A stretch of 64,000 bases of DNA, from contig CAYOZJ010000002.1 in the NCBI GenBank assembly GCA_964408485.1, forward strand, positions 5,235-69,234, in the 5' to 3' direction. Origin of the DNA: an uncultured Gammaproteobacteria bacterium. Its GTDB lineage: Bacteria > Patescibacteriota > Microgenomatia > Levybacterales > UBA12049. Under the pieces are notes generated by a model that saw only the letters and a program-made list of their open reading frames with translations, ran no database searches and was not told the DNA's origin. The position numbers and the translations under genes are program-made. Below are positions 28,260 to 38,355 of this stretch, piece by piece (the stretch's first letter is position 1; every line of letters starts with the position of its first letter).

Positions 28260-28970
28260 TTATTGATACCGTATATCAAGTTTTTGAATTTCCTCATCGG
28301 TTAAACTAAGAGAGTGAAGCCAGGAAAGAAAATCACCTTTCCCGCTTGCTGCTTTCTGCGTAACAGTAAAGAAAAAGCTTCCACCTTCAGAATCAGAAAA
28401 GTCTGAAGTTACAGAAAAGCTGTCTGAATCGTAAGGCGTGTATGTTGCTAAATAAACATCTGGATAATTTTTTCGTTGTTCGCTGTCGGCGGTGGTCTGG
28501 AGATGATCATACTCTTGGGAAAGAGGAGCTACAGAATTGGATGAATTTCCTGTTGCAAACGTGCCAGTGAAGATAATATTGCCATCTTGGTCGAGAAACG
28601 AATAAGTATAAATTGTGTTGATATCAAGAGGTTGGGAAAATGCAATGATTATCTGATTGTTAGTTACTGTTGGCACAGATTCGATACTAGGATATATATT
28701 AAATGTTATGCCCGGCACAGGTTGGCTGAAGTTAGCTTTGATAGATGCGTTTGATAGAACGTTTTCTTCCTTGTCTTTCGGGGAAATGGATACTAAATGA
28801 ACAGAACTATTGATAATAGAGTTTGGTGCACTGATAGGTGTGGGCGTTGGAAGTGAGGACGGAAAAGGATTAAGTTGCGACTTCTGTCCTAAGCTGAAAA
28901 TCACCAAGCAAATGATGATGAGTATGACAATACTGCTAATAAGTATTAATTTCTTCATTGTTTTCTCCAC
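28260..28970 (-). CDS. signal-anchored secreted/surface protein (hypothetical), last gene of the T4SS-like operon
   Basis: 236 aa. N-terminal TM/signal (KKLILISSIVILIIICLVIF), a Pro/Thr linker and a β-rich ectodomain. Confidence 0.4.
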   Translation of the reverse strand: MEKTMKKLILISSIVILIIICLVIFSLGQKSQLNPFPSSLPTPTPISAPNSIINSSVHLVSISPKDKEENVLSNASIKANFSQPVPGITFNIYPSIESVPTVTNNQIIIAFSQPLDINTIYTYSFLDQDGNIIFTGTFATGNSSNSVAPLSQEYDHLQTTADSEQRKNYPDVYLATYTPYDSDSFSVTSDFSDSEGGSFFFTVTQKAASGKGDFLSWLHSLSLTDEEIQKLDIRYQ

Positions 28971-30136
28971 CAGCCTAAAATATTTGCCCCACGCCCTAGA
29001 TTGTCATTTAAGTTAGTCCATCGAAACCACGTAACGCCATGGCGATAATTTGCTTCAACCACACGAATAGTAAACTCATTACCCTGAACAGTTACAACAG
29101 TGGCAATATGTCCTGGGTCTGATCGCCCAGTGCTTCCATAGATAATTATATCCCCTGGAGCAATCGCTCCCCCAGCTTGATTTATTTTACTTGTTGTACA
29201 ACCACCAACGCGATATGGATTACAGATAAAGCTATATCCGGCTTGTCTATGGCCAGAGTTCATGGAGTACCATTGAAAAACACTTCCCACATTCCCTGGG
29301 AATACTGGCCAACCCAGTAAGTGTTGCGCAGACCAAATAAATTGTCCGCACTGAAAATTCGGGTATGTGGCATTAAGGTTGTTTTTAAATGATTGTGGAA
29401 TATTTAGATTTCTGACACAAGATGGATATGGTGCATGTGCGCCACCACCTTCACAAGTAAGAATTTGATTAACTGCATTAACCAATCCACCAAGAGAGCC
29501 AGATGGGACAGGGATTCCTCCAGATCCTCCGGCGTCTTGTGGCGGATTTCCAATAGCAATATCAAGAGACTGTATGGTTTTGTATGTAATTTGTTTAATT
29601 GGGGTGGGGAAAACTTGTTTGCCTTGCGTTGGTGACGGTAAGAGGGCACAAAAACTCAATGGGAAATCTTGTCCGGCTTGGTCTGGATTAGCAAAAGATG
29701 GTGTTTGCACAATAATATTAAGCCTGCACGCTTCTTCGGGAGAAATATGAAGTAGGGTAAGGATGTTTTGTTCGGCAATTCCTCTCGTCGTATCGAACGG
29801 TCCAGTAATAGTAACAAGAAATTGATTTGAGCCGGGTAAATAAACAATTCGATACTCATCCTTATCTGCTAATGCACGGTCTCCTTCGGGATCAAAGGGA
29901 GTTGTGGATTGATAAAAATTATCTGTTGTGACCCCATCAATTGTTATCGTATTTCCTGTGGGAATAGGGGCCGTAGTAGGATGAGTAACAGGAAAAAGTG
30001 GCTCAACAGGTGTGGGGGTAACAGTGTTGCTTGGCGTTGGTACCGATTTTTTGGGAAGATATAAAAAACCAACAACAAGCAGAATAGCAATAAAAAGAAG
30101 CCCACCAATAAGTAATCGAATCTTTGTCATATGCAT
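28955..30136 (-). CDS. membrane-anchored CHAP-domain peptidoglycan amidase/peptidase
   Basis: 393 aa. N-terminal TM anchor. The C-terminal CHAP signature has the catalytic Cys (NFQCGQFIWSAQH) and His (DPGHIATVVTV). Confidence 0.6.
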   Translation of the reverse strand: MHMTKIRLLIGGLLFIAILLVVGFLYLPKKSVPTPSNTVTPTPVEPLFPVTHPTTAPIPTGNTITIDGVTTDNFYQSTTPFDPEGDRALADKDEYRIVYLPGSNQFLVTITGPFDTTRGIAEQNILTLLHISPEEACRLNIIVQTPSFANPDQAGQDFPLSFCALLPSPTQGKQVFPTPIKQITYKTIQSLDIAIGNPPQDAGGSGGIPVPSGSLGGLVNAVNQILTCEGGGAHAPYPSCVRNLNIPQSFKNNLNATYPNFQCGQFIWSAQHLLGWPVFPGNVGSVFQWYSMNSGHRQAGYSFICNPYRVGGCTTSKINQAGGAIAPGDIIIYGSTGRSDPGHIATVVTVQGNEFTIRVVEANYRHGVTWFRWTNLNDNLGRGANILGWWRKQ

Positions 30137-30145
30137 ATTATATAG

Positions 30146-32284
30146 TTAGAAACACTTTCCTTTCTCAGCATGCCAGGGACCGTCCCAATTATTGCCTGCC
30201 GAGCGATAGAGACTTACTGCTGCTTTTACGTTGTTGGTTGGATTTTTCATAAAATTTGCGCAGCTATTTTCAAGGGATTGGTTTGCAATTTTGCATATAC
30301 CAGAACTATAACTAATGTTTTGGGCACACGACCTGGATACTAGGTCTCCATGTGCTAAAAGATTTATTTGAAATAAACCCACACTATAGTCTTTTGTCCC
30401 GCCTCGCAGACATGCACTATTAATAATTCCCGGATCTCCGCCGCTTTCGTGTTTGCAGATGCAACTTGCTACTGTTCCTTCTTTCTGTCCGCCAAAAAAT
30501 GGAGCAAGCGCTGTTGGACTACAGGAGCCTGATGCAAGCACAGGTTGACCTACTCGTACCGCACCAGTCGTATTAGCAGTTGTGGATTGATTTAGCCCAG
30601 GCGGTCCGCTCCCAAGTGCGTAGGCTGCAGTGATTTGGTTGTGAAGAATAATATCTTTTTCAGTGGGCGTTAGTGTTACATTAAATTCCCAGTGCTTATT
30701 AGATGCCGTTGAGTTAGGTAGGGGGGTATTTGCATCAAGATTCCAAGTAATGGAGTTGCCAGTCAACACGTGTTGTCCTGTAATACTATTTGCAACAATA
30801 GTGGCAGTCGTGGGAATTTGATCCGTTATAACCAACGAGTACTGGCCTGTGTAGTTAATATCAATGAGATATTTAATATTTTGTCCATTTAAATACGTTG
30901 TTTTGCCAGACGGGTCAGTAGTAAGGGTGAGAGTGAGCCCGGGAATTGGCGCAGTTCCTCCAGAGGGAGGGGGCGTATTAGAGAGAAGGATAATAATAAA
31001 TGCAGCAGCAAGTATAAGACCTAAGATTATTACAACTGCAACGAGAATAATGATAATGCCCAAAAGTACCTCTGGATCAATACCAAGCAGTAGAGCTAAT
31101 CCCTCAAAGCCACCTTGTCTTGCTGCAGCTCCTGCCACTAGCTCCTCTCCTTTTCTTGTTGTGTTTGCCAACTTTCTTCCTTCTCTTCCAGCATTTCTCA
31201 CTGCGTTGCCTGCTTGATTGACGAGTTGTCCTGTGCGACCATTTTGTTTTTGTTGTGTCGAACCCTGAAAGCTTCTTTGGGGAATTGCTTCCGGCTGCTG
31301 TTGAGAATAGTTTGCATGCTCAATTGCCGTATGAACGGTGTCTTCATACCCTTCATCAATTGTTGTGTTGTACGAAAAACCATACCTACCAAATTGTCTT
31401 ACTGCATCGTCGAGTGCAACTGATTGCCATTGATTGTCAAACGCCGTTCCAAGTCGTTGTAGTGCTAAGGAACGCATTGCGTCTGTCTGATCTGCATTTT
31501 GCGGTTGACCCCGAAGTGCTGCTTTTATGCTCTCGGCATTATATTGTTCTGTTTTTCGTTGGTTAAGAAGTTCTTGTGATTGATTACGTAATGCTTCGTC
31601 TGAAAGTGCCATGTTTTGGGTTTGCAGAAGCGGTGCAAGACGCGCATTGCCCTGTTTGCTTAGCTCGTCCAATTGTTGGGTAAGATCTTTTTTGTCTGCA
31701 TACAAGGATTGCGCTTGTGCCTGAAGTATTTTGTATTGATTTCCTAAAATTCCCGCAGCACTTAAATGAGTTCGGTAGAAATTTTCAATTGCGTCAGGAA
31801 GATCCTTCTCCGAGGTTGTGTCGAGAAGATGCTTAAAAGCATTAATCGTAGCAATTTTTTGCGTTTGCTTCAGTTTTTCGCTAGCTATATCTTTTGGATC
31901 CGGTCTACTGCTTCCGCCACCGTGATTTTCGGACTTTTTGGGAAGAATGCTCGCAAGCGTAGATGTTTGAGGTGGAGGAGTTTCTTGATTTGATACGGGT
32001 CCTGAAGTAGTAGGTGCGCTAAGGGGCTTACCCCATGCTAAAGCTTCTTCGAAAGTATTCTTTTCATCTCTTTCTAAGGAAAAAGGGTGCTCTTTGCCGT
32101 ATTCTTCAGCATACGCATGAATAAGCTCTCGGGCTAAGCGAGGAAAATTTTCATTATCATTAAGTCTTGCTGCTTGGCGTAATTCCTGAAGTCGGTCAAA
32201 AAGCTCTCGATTTCCCGCCCGTGCAGTTCGATCGAGAAATGCATAAAAACCATCCCACGTATTTGGAGCGTGATCATTGTCCAT
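30146..32284 (-). CDS. large bitopic protein with C-terminal VirB1/IagB-type lytic transglycosylase (SLT) domain
   Basis: 712 aa. A roughly 400-aa cytoplasmic N-domain without a P-loop, one TM (LGIIIILVAVVIILGLILAAAFIIIL) and an extracellular repeat region. The C-terminus carries CKHESGGDPGIINSA...GTKDYSVGLFQINLL, which matches the ES…DYGLMQIN signature of VirB1/IagB lytic transglycosylases. Confidence 0.6.
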   Translation of the reverse strand: MDNDHAPNTWDGFYAFLDRTARAGNRELFDRLQELRQAARLNDNENFPRLARELIHAYAEEYGKEHPFSLERDEKNTFEEALAWGKPLSAPTTSGPVSNQETPPPQTSTLASILPKKSENHGGGSSRPDPKDIASEKLKQTQKIATINAFKHLLDTTSEKDLPDAIENFYRTHLSAAGILGNQYKILQAQAQSLYADKKDLTQQLDELSKQGNARLAPLLQTQNMALSDEALRNQSQELLNQRKTEQYNAESIKAALRGQPQNADQTDAMRSLALQRLGTAFDNQWQSVALDDAVRQFGRYGFSYNTTIDEGYEDTVHTAIEHANYSQQQPEAIPQRSFQGSTQQKQNGRTGQLVNQAGNAVRNAGREGRKLANTTRKGEELVAGAAARQGGFEGLALLLGIDPEVLLGIIIILVAVVIILGLILAAAFIIILLSNTPPPSGGTAPIPGLTLTLTTDPSGKTTYLNGQNIKYLIDINYTGQYSLVITDQIPTTATIVANSITGQHVLTGNSITWNLDANTPLPNSTASNKHWEFNVTLTPTEKDIILHNQITAAYALGSGPPGLNQSTTANTTGAVRVGQPVLASGSCSPTALAPFFGGQKEGTVASCICKHESGGDPGIINSACLRGGTKDYSVGLFQINLLAHGDLVSRSCAQNISYSSGICKIANQSLENSCANFMKNPTNNVKAAVSLYRSAGNNWDGPWHAEKGKCF

Positions 32285-32287
32285 AGG

Positions 32288-34078
32288 CTATTTTGCGCTC
32301 TGTCCGGTCTCTGTTGGTGACAAGCTGGCATGCTGGTTTTGCATTTTTTGAAGTTCTTCTGGATCTGAGGTAATAATATTATGCTCAAAAGGTGCAGCAA
32401 CAATTTGAATGGCAACGTGATTCTGTCCTGCAAAGAAGAGTCCTTGGCCAACACCGGATGAGAGAAGCATTTGTCTTTCGCCATCAGATAGATAGAATGT
32501 TTTCGCGACCGTGTCAATTTCTGAGGTACTCTGCTTTAAAAGAATCTGTATAGAGCTGTTAGAAAGAATTGCGCGACCATAATCACTTGAAAGGAAATCT
32601 TGTACGTCTTGAGTCGCTGTAGTGAGTCCTAGATAGTATTTACGAGCCCTTTTGGCAATGCTGTACATAAAGGATGCAGAATCTTCATGTTTCATTAAGT
32701 ACCATGCCTCATCAACAATAAGTAAGCGTTTTTTTAAAGATTTTCTGACACGAGTCCACACAAAGTCTAAGAGAATATGCATTGCAATGGGTCTAAGTTC
32801 GTCTTCCAAGTCCCGAAGAGAAAAAATCGTGAGAGGATTTGTGATATTGAAATTCGATTGTTGGTTAAAAATGCCAGAAAGACTGCCGGTGACAAATTTT
32901 TCCAAACGGAGGGCAATGTTTTGTGCTATTGGATCCTGTGTTTTTACTAATCTCTGATACAAATCCTGCAAAATAGGAGGCGTTTTTGTCTGGCTTGCCG
33001 GATCTGCAGTAATTCCCTTATCTGCATATGTTTCAACAAGTGCTCTGTCCAAAATTGCATCTTCAGCAGGATTAACTGCACCAAGCATGATTTTTAAAAG
33101 TGCTCGGATAGAAAGGATCTTAAGTCCTAATTCGTTTTCTCCTTCTTCATAGACTCCTGATAAGTCAAATGGATTAATTCTCACAGGACTTGTTGCTGAG
33201 AAATTCAAATATTCTCCCCCTAAGCTCTCTGCGAGCTTGCCGTATTCACTTTCAGGATCAACAACAATAACTTCTGTCCCAAACATAAATTGGCGCATGA
33301 TTTCAAGCTTAATGCTAAAGGATTTACCTGATCCTGATTTTCCAAAAACAACTTCGTTAGCATTCTCTAAAGAGTATCTGTCAAAAATAATAAGTGAGCC
33401 ATTTTGTTGATTTACGCCGTACAAAATGCCTTTGTCTTGCGTTAAGGTAGCAGAGGTAAAAGGAAATGTCGATGCGAGACTAGATGTGTCCATGTTGCGT
33501 GTAATCGACAATTTGTCTTGTCCAATCGGTAGCGTTGTTTTAAATCCCTCCTCCATCTGAAGCGTTGCTGGTTTTGCTGTTACTAAAAGAGAGGAGAGCG
33601 TGCTGGTCAATTTTTTAGTTGCTTGTTCTAGTTCTGCGCTGTCTGTTGATGAGAGGGCAATGTAAAGACTAAATTGAAAAAACCGTTCTATTCCTTTTGC
33701 CAATTCTGCCTGGAGTCCAAGGGCGTCAGAAAGTGCTGCTGCAACTTTGGGATTTTCTGGTTTCCCTTTTTCTTCATCGCTTGACATTGTTGCTTCCATC
33801 TCGGCGATTTTGCGCTTTAAATTAGACAACACATCATCAGTAAAAATTGGATAGACAAACATACTAATTGCTAGAGAGTGATCAAAATCAATAACAGGGG
33901 ATAGCCACCCGACTGATACATATCGAGGGTAGCCAGAAACAAAAAATGTTCTGTAGAAATGATTACCGACACGAATCGTCTTAAAGTCTACCTCAACTTT
34001 TGTTGGGGCAATAGCATCTGCTGCATTGCCGGCTCCCTCAATAGATACTTCTTTAGATTTTTTAGTAAAAAGCGCCAT
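32288..34078 (-). CDS. virB4: VirB4/TrbE/CagE-family type IV secretion ATPase
   Basis: 596 aa. Walker A VFGKSGSGKSF, Walker B LLIVDEAWYLM, and the GLTTATQDVQDFL motif. Short, Gram-positive-like length. Confidence 0.85.
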   Translation of the reverse strand: MALFTKKSKEVSIEGAGNAADAIAPTKVEVDFKTIRVGNHFYRTFFVSGYPRYVSVGWLSPVIDFDHSLAISMFVYPIFTDDVLSNLKRKIAEMEATMSSDEEKGKPENPKVAAALSDALGLQAELAKGIERFFQFSLYIALSSTDSAELEQATKKLTSTLSSLLVTAKPATLQMEEGFKTTLPIGQDKLSITRNMDTSSLASTFPFTSATLTQDKGILYGVNQQNGSLIIFDRYSLENANEVVFGKSGSGKSFSIKLEIMRQFMFGTEVIVVDPESEYGKLAESLGGEYLNFSATSPVRINPFDLSGVYEEGENELGLKILSIRALLKIMLGAVNPAEDAILDRALVETYADKGITADPASQTKTPPILQDLYQRLVKTQDPIAQNIALRLEKFVTGSLSGIFNQQSNFNITNPLTIFSLRDLEDELRPIAMHILLDFVWTRVRKSLKKRLLIVDEAWYLMKHEDSASFMYSIAKRARKYYLGLTTATQDVQDFLSSDYGRAILSNSSIQILLKQSTSEIDTVAKTFYLSDGERQMLLSSGVGQGLFFAGQNHVAIQIVAAPFEHNIITSDPEELQKMQNQHASLSPTETGQSAK

Positions 34079-34080
34079 AA

Positions 34081-34671
34081 TTATTCGCTATATACATCAT
34101 GAAAAAGTTTTACCAATTCTGCTCCTGTAATAATCCGTGCACGAAGATTCATTCGGTCGATTTGAGAGAGAAGGCTTTCTGCTTTTGTCTTGAGTCCTGC
34201 ATGCGCCCTGATGAAGAAGTCATCAAGATTATCACTTCCCATTTTTGCAACTCCACCAATACCTTCTTCTAGAAGGGAGTAAGAAATAACAAAAAAGAAT
34301 TGTTTATCTAGGACTGTTGTTGATGTAACTAAGTCTTTAACAAACGATTGATATTGAAGAATGTCTTGGGAAAGCTTAGGGTTATTGGCTTTTTGGGAAG
34401 CAATGCCTAAGGAGTCGATATATGGGAGAATATTGACTTGTTTGCTACGCATGACAATTTGTACAGGGAAAGAAAGAGAATTAAGAAGTCCTGCGTAACC
34501 ATATACTTTCGCGTCCTGTTCCTCGCTTGATAAAAGGGCAAAATTTACTGCCTGGAGCTCGATAAGTAGGCAGGCATTGCCTCCTTTCATCAAAACAGTA
34601 TCCTCTCGAATGTCCAGGACTTCGGTAAAGGATTGCGTTGATTTTGCGTGATGTTGGGCAGCTTGTTTCAT
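34081..34671 (-). CDS. hypothetical cytoplasmic protein, co-transcribed upstream of virB4 (2-nt gap)
   Basis: About 197 aa from the internal Met; no motif. Could be a separately encoded VirB4 N-terminal or accessory domain (inference). Confidence 0.35.
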   Translation of the reverse strand: MKQAAQHHAKSTQSFTEVLDIREDTVLMKGGNACLLIELQAVNFALLSSEEQDAKVYGYAGLLNSLSFPVQIVMRSKQVNILPYIDSLGIASQKANNPKLSQDILQYQSFVKDLVTSTTVLDKQFFFVISYSLLEEGIGGVAKMGSDNLDDFFIRAHAGLKTKAESLLSQIDRMNLRARIITGAELVKLFHDVYSE

Positions 34672-34672
34672 A

Positions 34673-35848
34673 TTATCCAAAGAGCTCTTTGCGCAAATCT
34701 TCCCGTGCGTCAATTGAGATAACCTCAAGTGGTTGGAGAATGTCTCCAATTGCTTGGAGTTCTATTGTGTCAAAGCGCTGTTTGCTGTTAGGGTCTTCGA
34801 AGGTAAGCGTGTATGTGCCGTTGATAACAGGCGTTGCGGAAGCAAATTGTCCTAATGGATTTGTTTTAAAAGCTCGTACTGGATTTTCATCTTTATCTTT
34901 TACTTCAATTAAAATATTTGGTAGCACATTACCTCTAGGGTCTTTAACAACGCCGCAAATAAGATTGGGAGTATCGCTGACAAAAGGAGCACCTACTATT
35001 TTTGATTGCCCTGGTGCTACTTGCCTTACGTTTTCAGTAATCTTTGGCGTAGGAGCGCTAGACGGCGTAAATACCTGTTGGGGCTTTTGCGATAGCTGCT
35101 TTTGGAGCTCAAGTAGTTTTGTCTCAAGTTCTTGTTTTTGGGCACGAATTGATTGAAGCTGAGATTCTAAGTCGCCCACTTTTTCATGGGCCTCTTCGGC
35201 TTCTTTTTGGTCATGCGCCGCTCCTTCTTGTTGTTTTGCTGCAGCAATTTCTTTTGCCAAATCCACCGCCTCTTTACTTAGCTCTTGCTGATTTGTTTCT
35301 TCGTTTGTTGTGTTGCTTTGCGCGGAAACTGGGGCAATGGGCGTGCTTGCAAGTTGTATGGTAGGTATCTCTTGAGGTTTTTGCTCTTCAAAAAGCTTCT
35401 GGAAGGAAGTGCTGTCAACAGGCGTTACTAGTTGCACTTTTTCTTCCTTTTCTTCTCTCTTTTCCTCTTTTTTTTCCGGTTGATTGTCTACTGTTGTGGT
35501 TGGGGTAGGTGCATCATCAGATGATTTATACGTATATTGTGTTGGCGAGAAAACAGCCTTAAAGAAGTAAAAGATCATGCTGTCTGCTGGTCGTCCAGCA
35601 AGTGGGATAAAAGCCAAAATAACCCCAGAACCTGCAAAAAAAACAATAAGCGGCAGTTTTATGAGAATAAAAACAGGAAGAGACAGACTTATCCATGCCA
35701 ATACAACACCTGCGGCAAGGTAAGCAAATTGCTTAATGGTCATATCGCCAATTAAGCGAAATTGAAATCCTGTAACATCTTGTGGAATAGGATGATTATC
35801 CATATAAAAAAGTGTATGACGTGAAAAATCCCATTGCAACCCTTTCAA
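34673..35848 (-). CDS. T4SS-associated bitopic membrane protein: VirB3-like TM hairpin, coiled coil, and C-terminal β-sandwich domain
   Basis: 391 aa. N-terminal PIPQDVTGFQFRLIGDMT followed by two TM helices gives a VirB3/TrbD-like topology. A Glu/Lys/Gln-rich coiled coil follows. The C-terminus resembles a carboxypeptidase-regulatory-like β-sandwich (GVVKDPRGNVLPNILIEVKD...NGTYTLTFE). Confidence 0.35.
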   Translation of the reverse strand: MKGLQWDFSRHTLFYMDNHPIPQDVTGFQFRLIGDMTIKQFAYLAAGVVLAWISLSLPVFILIKLPLIVFFAGSGVILAFIPLAGRPADSMIFYFFKAVFSPTQYTYKSSDDAPTPTTTVDNQPEKKEEKREEKEEKVQLVTPVDSTSFQKLFEEQKPQEIPTIQLASTPIAPVSAQSNTTNEETNQQELSKEAVDLAKEIAAAKQQEGAAHDQKEAEEAHEKVGDLESQLQSIRAQKQELETKLLELQKQLSQKPQQVFTPSSAPTPKITENVRQVAPGQSKIVGAPFVSDTPNLICGVVKDPRGNVLPNILIEVKDKDENPVRAFKTNPLGQFASATPVINGTYTLTFEDPNSKQRFDTIELQAIGDILQPLEVISIDAREDLRKELFG

Positions 35849-35912
35849 AATAGATCACCCTCGTGGCTACAGGACGCGTGAAAAAAAATAAAAAAAATGC
35901 AATACTAAAGTC

Positions 35913-36569
35913 ATGCCACTTTCTCTTTTTGTTGGGATCCTTATTATTCTTTTTTTACTCTCCCGCCGGGTTACCCGCTTGCTCTCGCATTTATTTGTTC
36001 GTCTTTTCCGCAGTCAGCACGCAGCGATCTATGCATTGTCTTTTATTTTTCTTCCTGGGGTTGTTTTGCATGAACTGTCACATTTGCTTTTGGCAAATAT
36101 TCTTTTTGTTCCAACAGGAGAGGTCGAATTTTTTCCAGAGATTCAAGGGGATCAAGTAAAAATGGGAAGTGTTGCTATTGCTCGCACAGACCCTTTACGA
36201 AGATTTCTTGTTGGTGTTGCACCGGTTATTGGAGGATTGGGTATTATTCTTTTAGCATCAACATATCTTTTTACCACACTTCTTTCTTGGCAAAGTTTAG
36301 TACTTTTTTACATAATTTTTGAAATAGCAAATACAATGTTTTCCAGCAGTAAAGACATGGAGGGAGCAGTAGGACTTCTTATTGGTCTTGCAGCGCTGAG
36401 TATTTTGCTACAATTTCTTGGTCTGCCATTATGGCAAGTGGTGATTCAGTTTCTGGGGAATGAATTCGTAAACAGCATTCTTATTAGAATGAATTTATTT
36501 TTGCTTTTAGCGCTGGGGCTTGACGTCTTTCTCGTGCTTCTTTTTGAAGGAATTGCCAGACTAAAGTAA
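35913..36569 (+). CDS. membrane-embedded HExxH zinc-metallopeptidase-like protein (DUF3267-like)
   Basis: 218 aa, 5-6 TM. HELSH lies within the GVVLHELSHLLLANI helix. It is the only plus-strand gene inside the minus-strand T4SS-like cluster, and it is adjacent to the pilin genes. Confidence 0.4.
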   Translation: MPLSLFVGILIILFLLSRRVTRLLSHLFVRLFRSQHAAIYALSFIFLPGVVLHELSHLLLANILFVPTGEVEFFPEIQGDQVKMGSVAIARTDPLRRFLVGVAPVIGGLGIILLASTYLFTTLLSWQSLVLFYIIFEIANTMFSSSKDMEGAVGLLIGLAALSILLQFLGLPLWQVVIQFLGNEFVNSILIRMNLFLLLALGLDVFLVLLFEGIARLK

Positions 36570-36890
36570 CTACTGACATGTTCCAAATCCAAACGAAAGA
36601 ATGCACGTGACTCCTGTAATGCCCGCAACAAGACCGATAATAAAAAATGAAAGAAGGACAATGATGAGACCGATAATGGCATAGGTGACAATATTTTTTG
36701 CTTCTTCAACGCCCTTGCCTCCACCGGAGGTTATATATTTAATGCTTGCAAAAAGAAGCATAAAAAGAGAAGCAAGCCCCACAAGATAAATAGCCGCACC
36801 TACTCCAATTCGGTATAGCGGAATAATGCAGGAAAGTGTTGGAATACCATTTACTACGCAGTCTTGACCATTAACAATCCATGAACTCAT
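36570..36890 (-). CDS. VirB2/TrbC-like pilin candidate (paralog 1 of 4)
   Basis: 106 aa with two hydrophobic helices flanking the ASIKYITSGGGKGVEEAKNIVTYAIIGLII core. Conserved with the other three paralogs. Confidence 0.5.
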   Translation of the reverse strand: MSSWIVNGQDCVVNGIPTLSCIIPLYRIGVGAAIYLVGLASLFMLLFASIKYITSGGGKGVEEAKNIVTYAIIGLIIVLLSFFIIGLVAGITGVTCILSFGFGTCQ

Positions 36891-36931
36891 ATATGTAGCC
36901 TATCAGAGAGAAAATAAGAAAACAAGAGAAG

Positions 36932-37327
36932 TTACCTTGTTAATGTAGGGAGCGTAAGATTAAATAGACTTACACCAACAAACAAGTTAAGAACAAAGTT
37001 GACGATGAGATAAGAAAGAAAAATAATAACAAGGCCAACAACAGCTGCCACTATTGTTTCGCGTGCTTTGTTAACGCCTTCTTTTTCTCCTTGAGACGTA
37101 AGCCACTTGACGCCGCCAAGAATCAAGAAAACTAATGCCAGCATGGCGGCAACAACAAAAACAAAATTAATTGCATTACCGATTACTTTATTTAAATCAG
37201 AGGCTCCAAGACAAAGAGCGCTAAAGTTACCAGGGGGACATGCATTAATGTTAACATCTGCAAATGCAATAGGAGCAAGAAATGCAGAAAGACTGAGCGT
37301 GCCGATTGAGGCAAATAATTTCTTCAT
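36932..37327 (-). CDS. VirB2/TrbC-like pilin candidate (paralog 2; Sec signal peptide)
   Basis: 131 aa. Signal peptide ...APIAFA|DV. Core LILGGVKWLTSQGEKEGVNKARETIVAAVVGLVIIFLSYLIV. Confidence 0.55.
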   Translation of the reverse strand: MKKLFASIGTLSLSAFLAPIAFADVNINACPPGNFSALCLGASDLNKVIGNAINFVFVVAAMLALVFLILGGVKWLTSQGEKEGVNKARETIVAAVVGLVIIFLSYLIVNFVLNLFVGVSLFNLTLPTLTR

Positions 37328-37367
37328 TGACTCTATCGTAGAAACAATTCTTTATCTTGTCAAGTCG

Positions 37368-37706
37368 CTAGTTGCCAAGAAGATGTACGCCAAACGTGAA
37401 ACCAATGAAGTTAATAATAAAAAATGACAAAAGAGCGAGAATAAGGCCGACAATCGCATATTGGATTGTTTTTTGTGCACCCTCCAACTGCTTTTTGTCT
37501 CCTTGAGACGTAATCCATTTTATTCCCCCAAACATAATAAAGAAAAATGAAAGTAAGATTACTGCAACAAATATGCTAATAATGACAAAAGAAACAATGC
37601 TTTGGATCGAGTTATTGTTCATGAGATTGCGTATTTGATTGGGAACGAGCACAGGATAGGTTGCTGGTTCATCTGGGTTGCCAATAACAAGAGCAAGATA
37701 CCTCAT
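37368..37706 (-). CDS. VirB2/TrbC-like pilin candidate (paralog 3)
   Basis: Start at the internal Met (37706). Core IMFGGIKWITSQGDKKQLEGAQKTIQYAIVGLILALLSFFII. Confidence 0.5.
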   Translation of the reverse strand: MRYLALVIGNPDEPATYPVLVPNQIRNLMNNNSIQSIVSFVIISIFVAVILLSFFFIMFGGIKWITSQGDKKQLEGAQKTIQYAIVGLILALLSFFIINFIGFTFGVHLLGN

Positions 37707-37707
37707 A

Positions 37708-38355
37708 TTATTTCCTAAAACCTGGAATTTGGAGAATATCAACGCCAATAAATTGCAAGATAACCACAGAGAAGATGATAAATATTAACCCAACAATTGC
37801 AGCAGTTAGTCTTTCCCTTGCTTCTTTTACTTTTTCAGGATTACCCTGTGACGTAATCATTTGGTATCCTGCAGCAATAACAAGAAGAATCGCAACCCCC
37901 CCGGAAAGTCCAAGAAGAATACCAAAGGTGCTTTTTACGAATCCCGCAACGGTTGTTTGAATGGGTCCAAAAGCAGTATCAACGCTTGCACATGTTCCAT
38001 TGGCATAGGTTTTGCATGGCGGAGCTAAGTATGGTGATGGTGAAGGGGGAATGGGTTTATTTTTATCTTTTGGCTCACAGCAATAGCCCGAACCCAAGAA
38101 GCCGCATTTTGGAACACATGGGCCAGTATCCCACAGGAATAAGCCACACCTACTACTTGTTCCATATTTGTATGAAGCATTAGGGGCTCCGTTAATAGTG
38201 CAGTTGTCACCCGGTTTTGGATTAGAAGCATTGGCATCTTGCGGCTGAGCGTTGCAATAGTTTGGATAATTACAGTCAGCCTGTACGTTTCCTAATGTGG
38301 CAAGGGTTAGGCAGAAGAAAACAAAGATAAAGACTCCTATTTTGAAGAATTTCAT
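37708..38355 (-). CDS. Cys-rich ectodomain fused to a VirB2/TrbC-like pilin module (paralog 4)
   Basis: Signal peptide MKFFKIGVFIFVFFCLTLATLGNVQA. A roughly 110-aa domain carries about 12 Cys (DCNYPNYCN...CGFLGSGYCCEP...). The C-terminus reads GYQMITSQGNPEKVKEARERLTAAIVGLIFIIFSVVIL. Confidence 0.5.
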   Translation of the reverse strand: MKFFKIGVFIFVFFCLTLATLGNVQADCNYPNYCNAQPQDANASNPKPGDNCTINGAPNASYKYGTSSRCGLFLWDTGPCVPKCGFLGSGYCCEPKDKNKPIPPSPSPYLAPPCKTYANGTCASVDTAFGPIQTTVAGFVKSTFGILLGLSGGVAILLVIAAGYQMITSQGNPEKVKEARERLTAAIVGLIFIIFSVVILQFIGVDILQIPGFRK

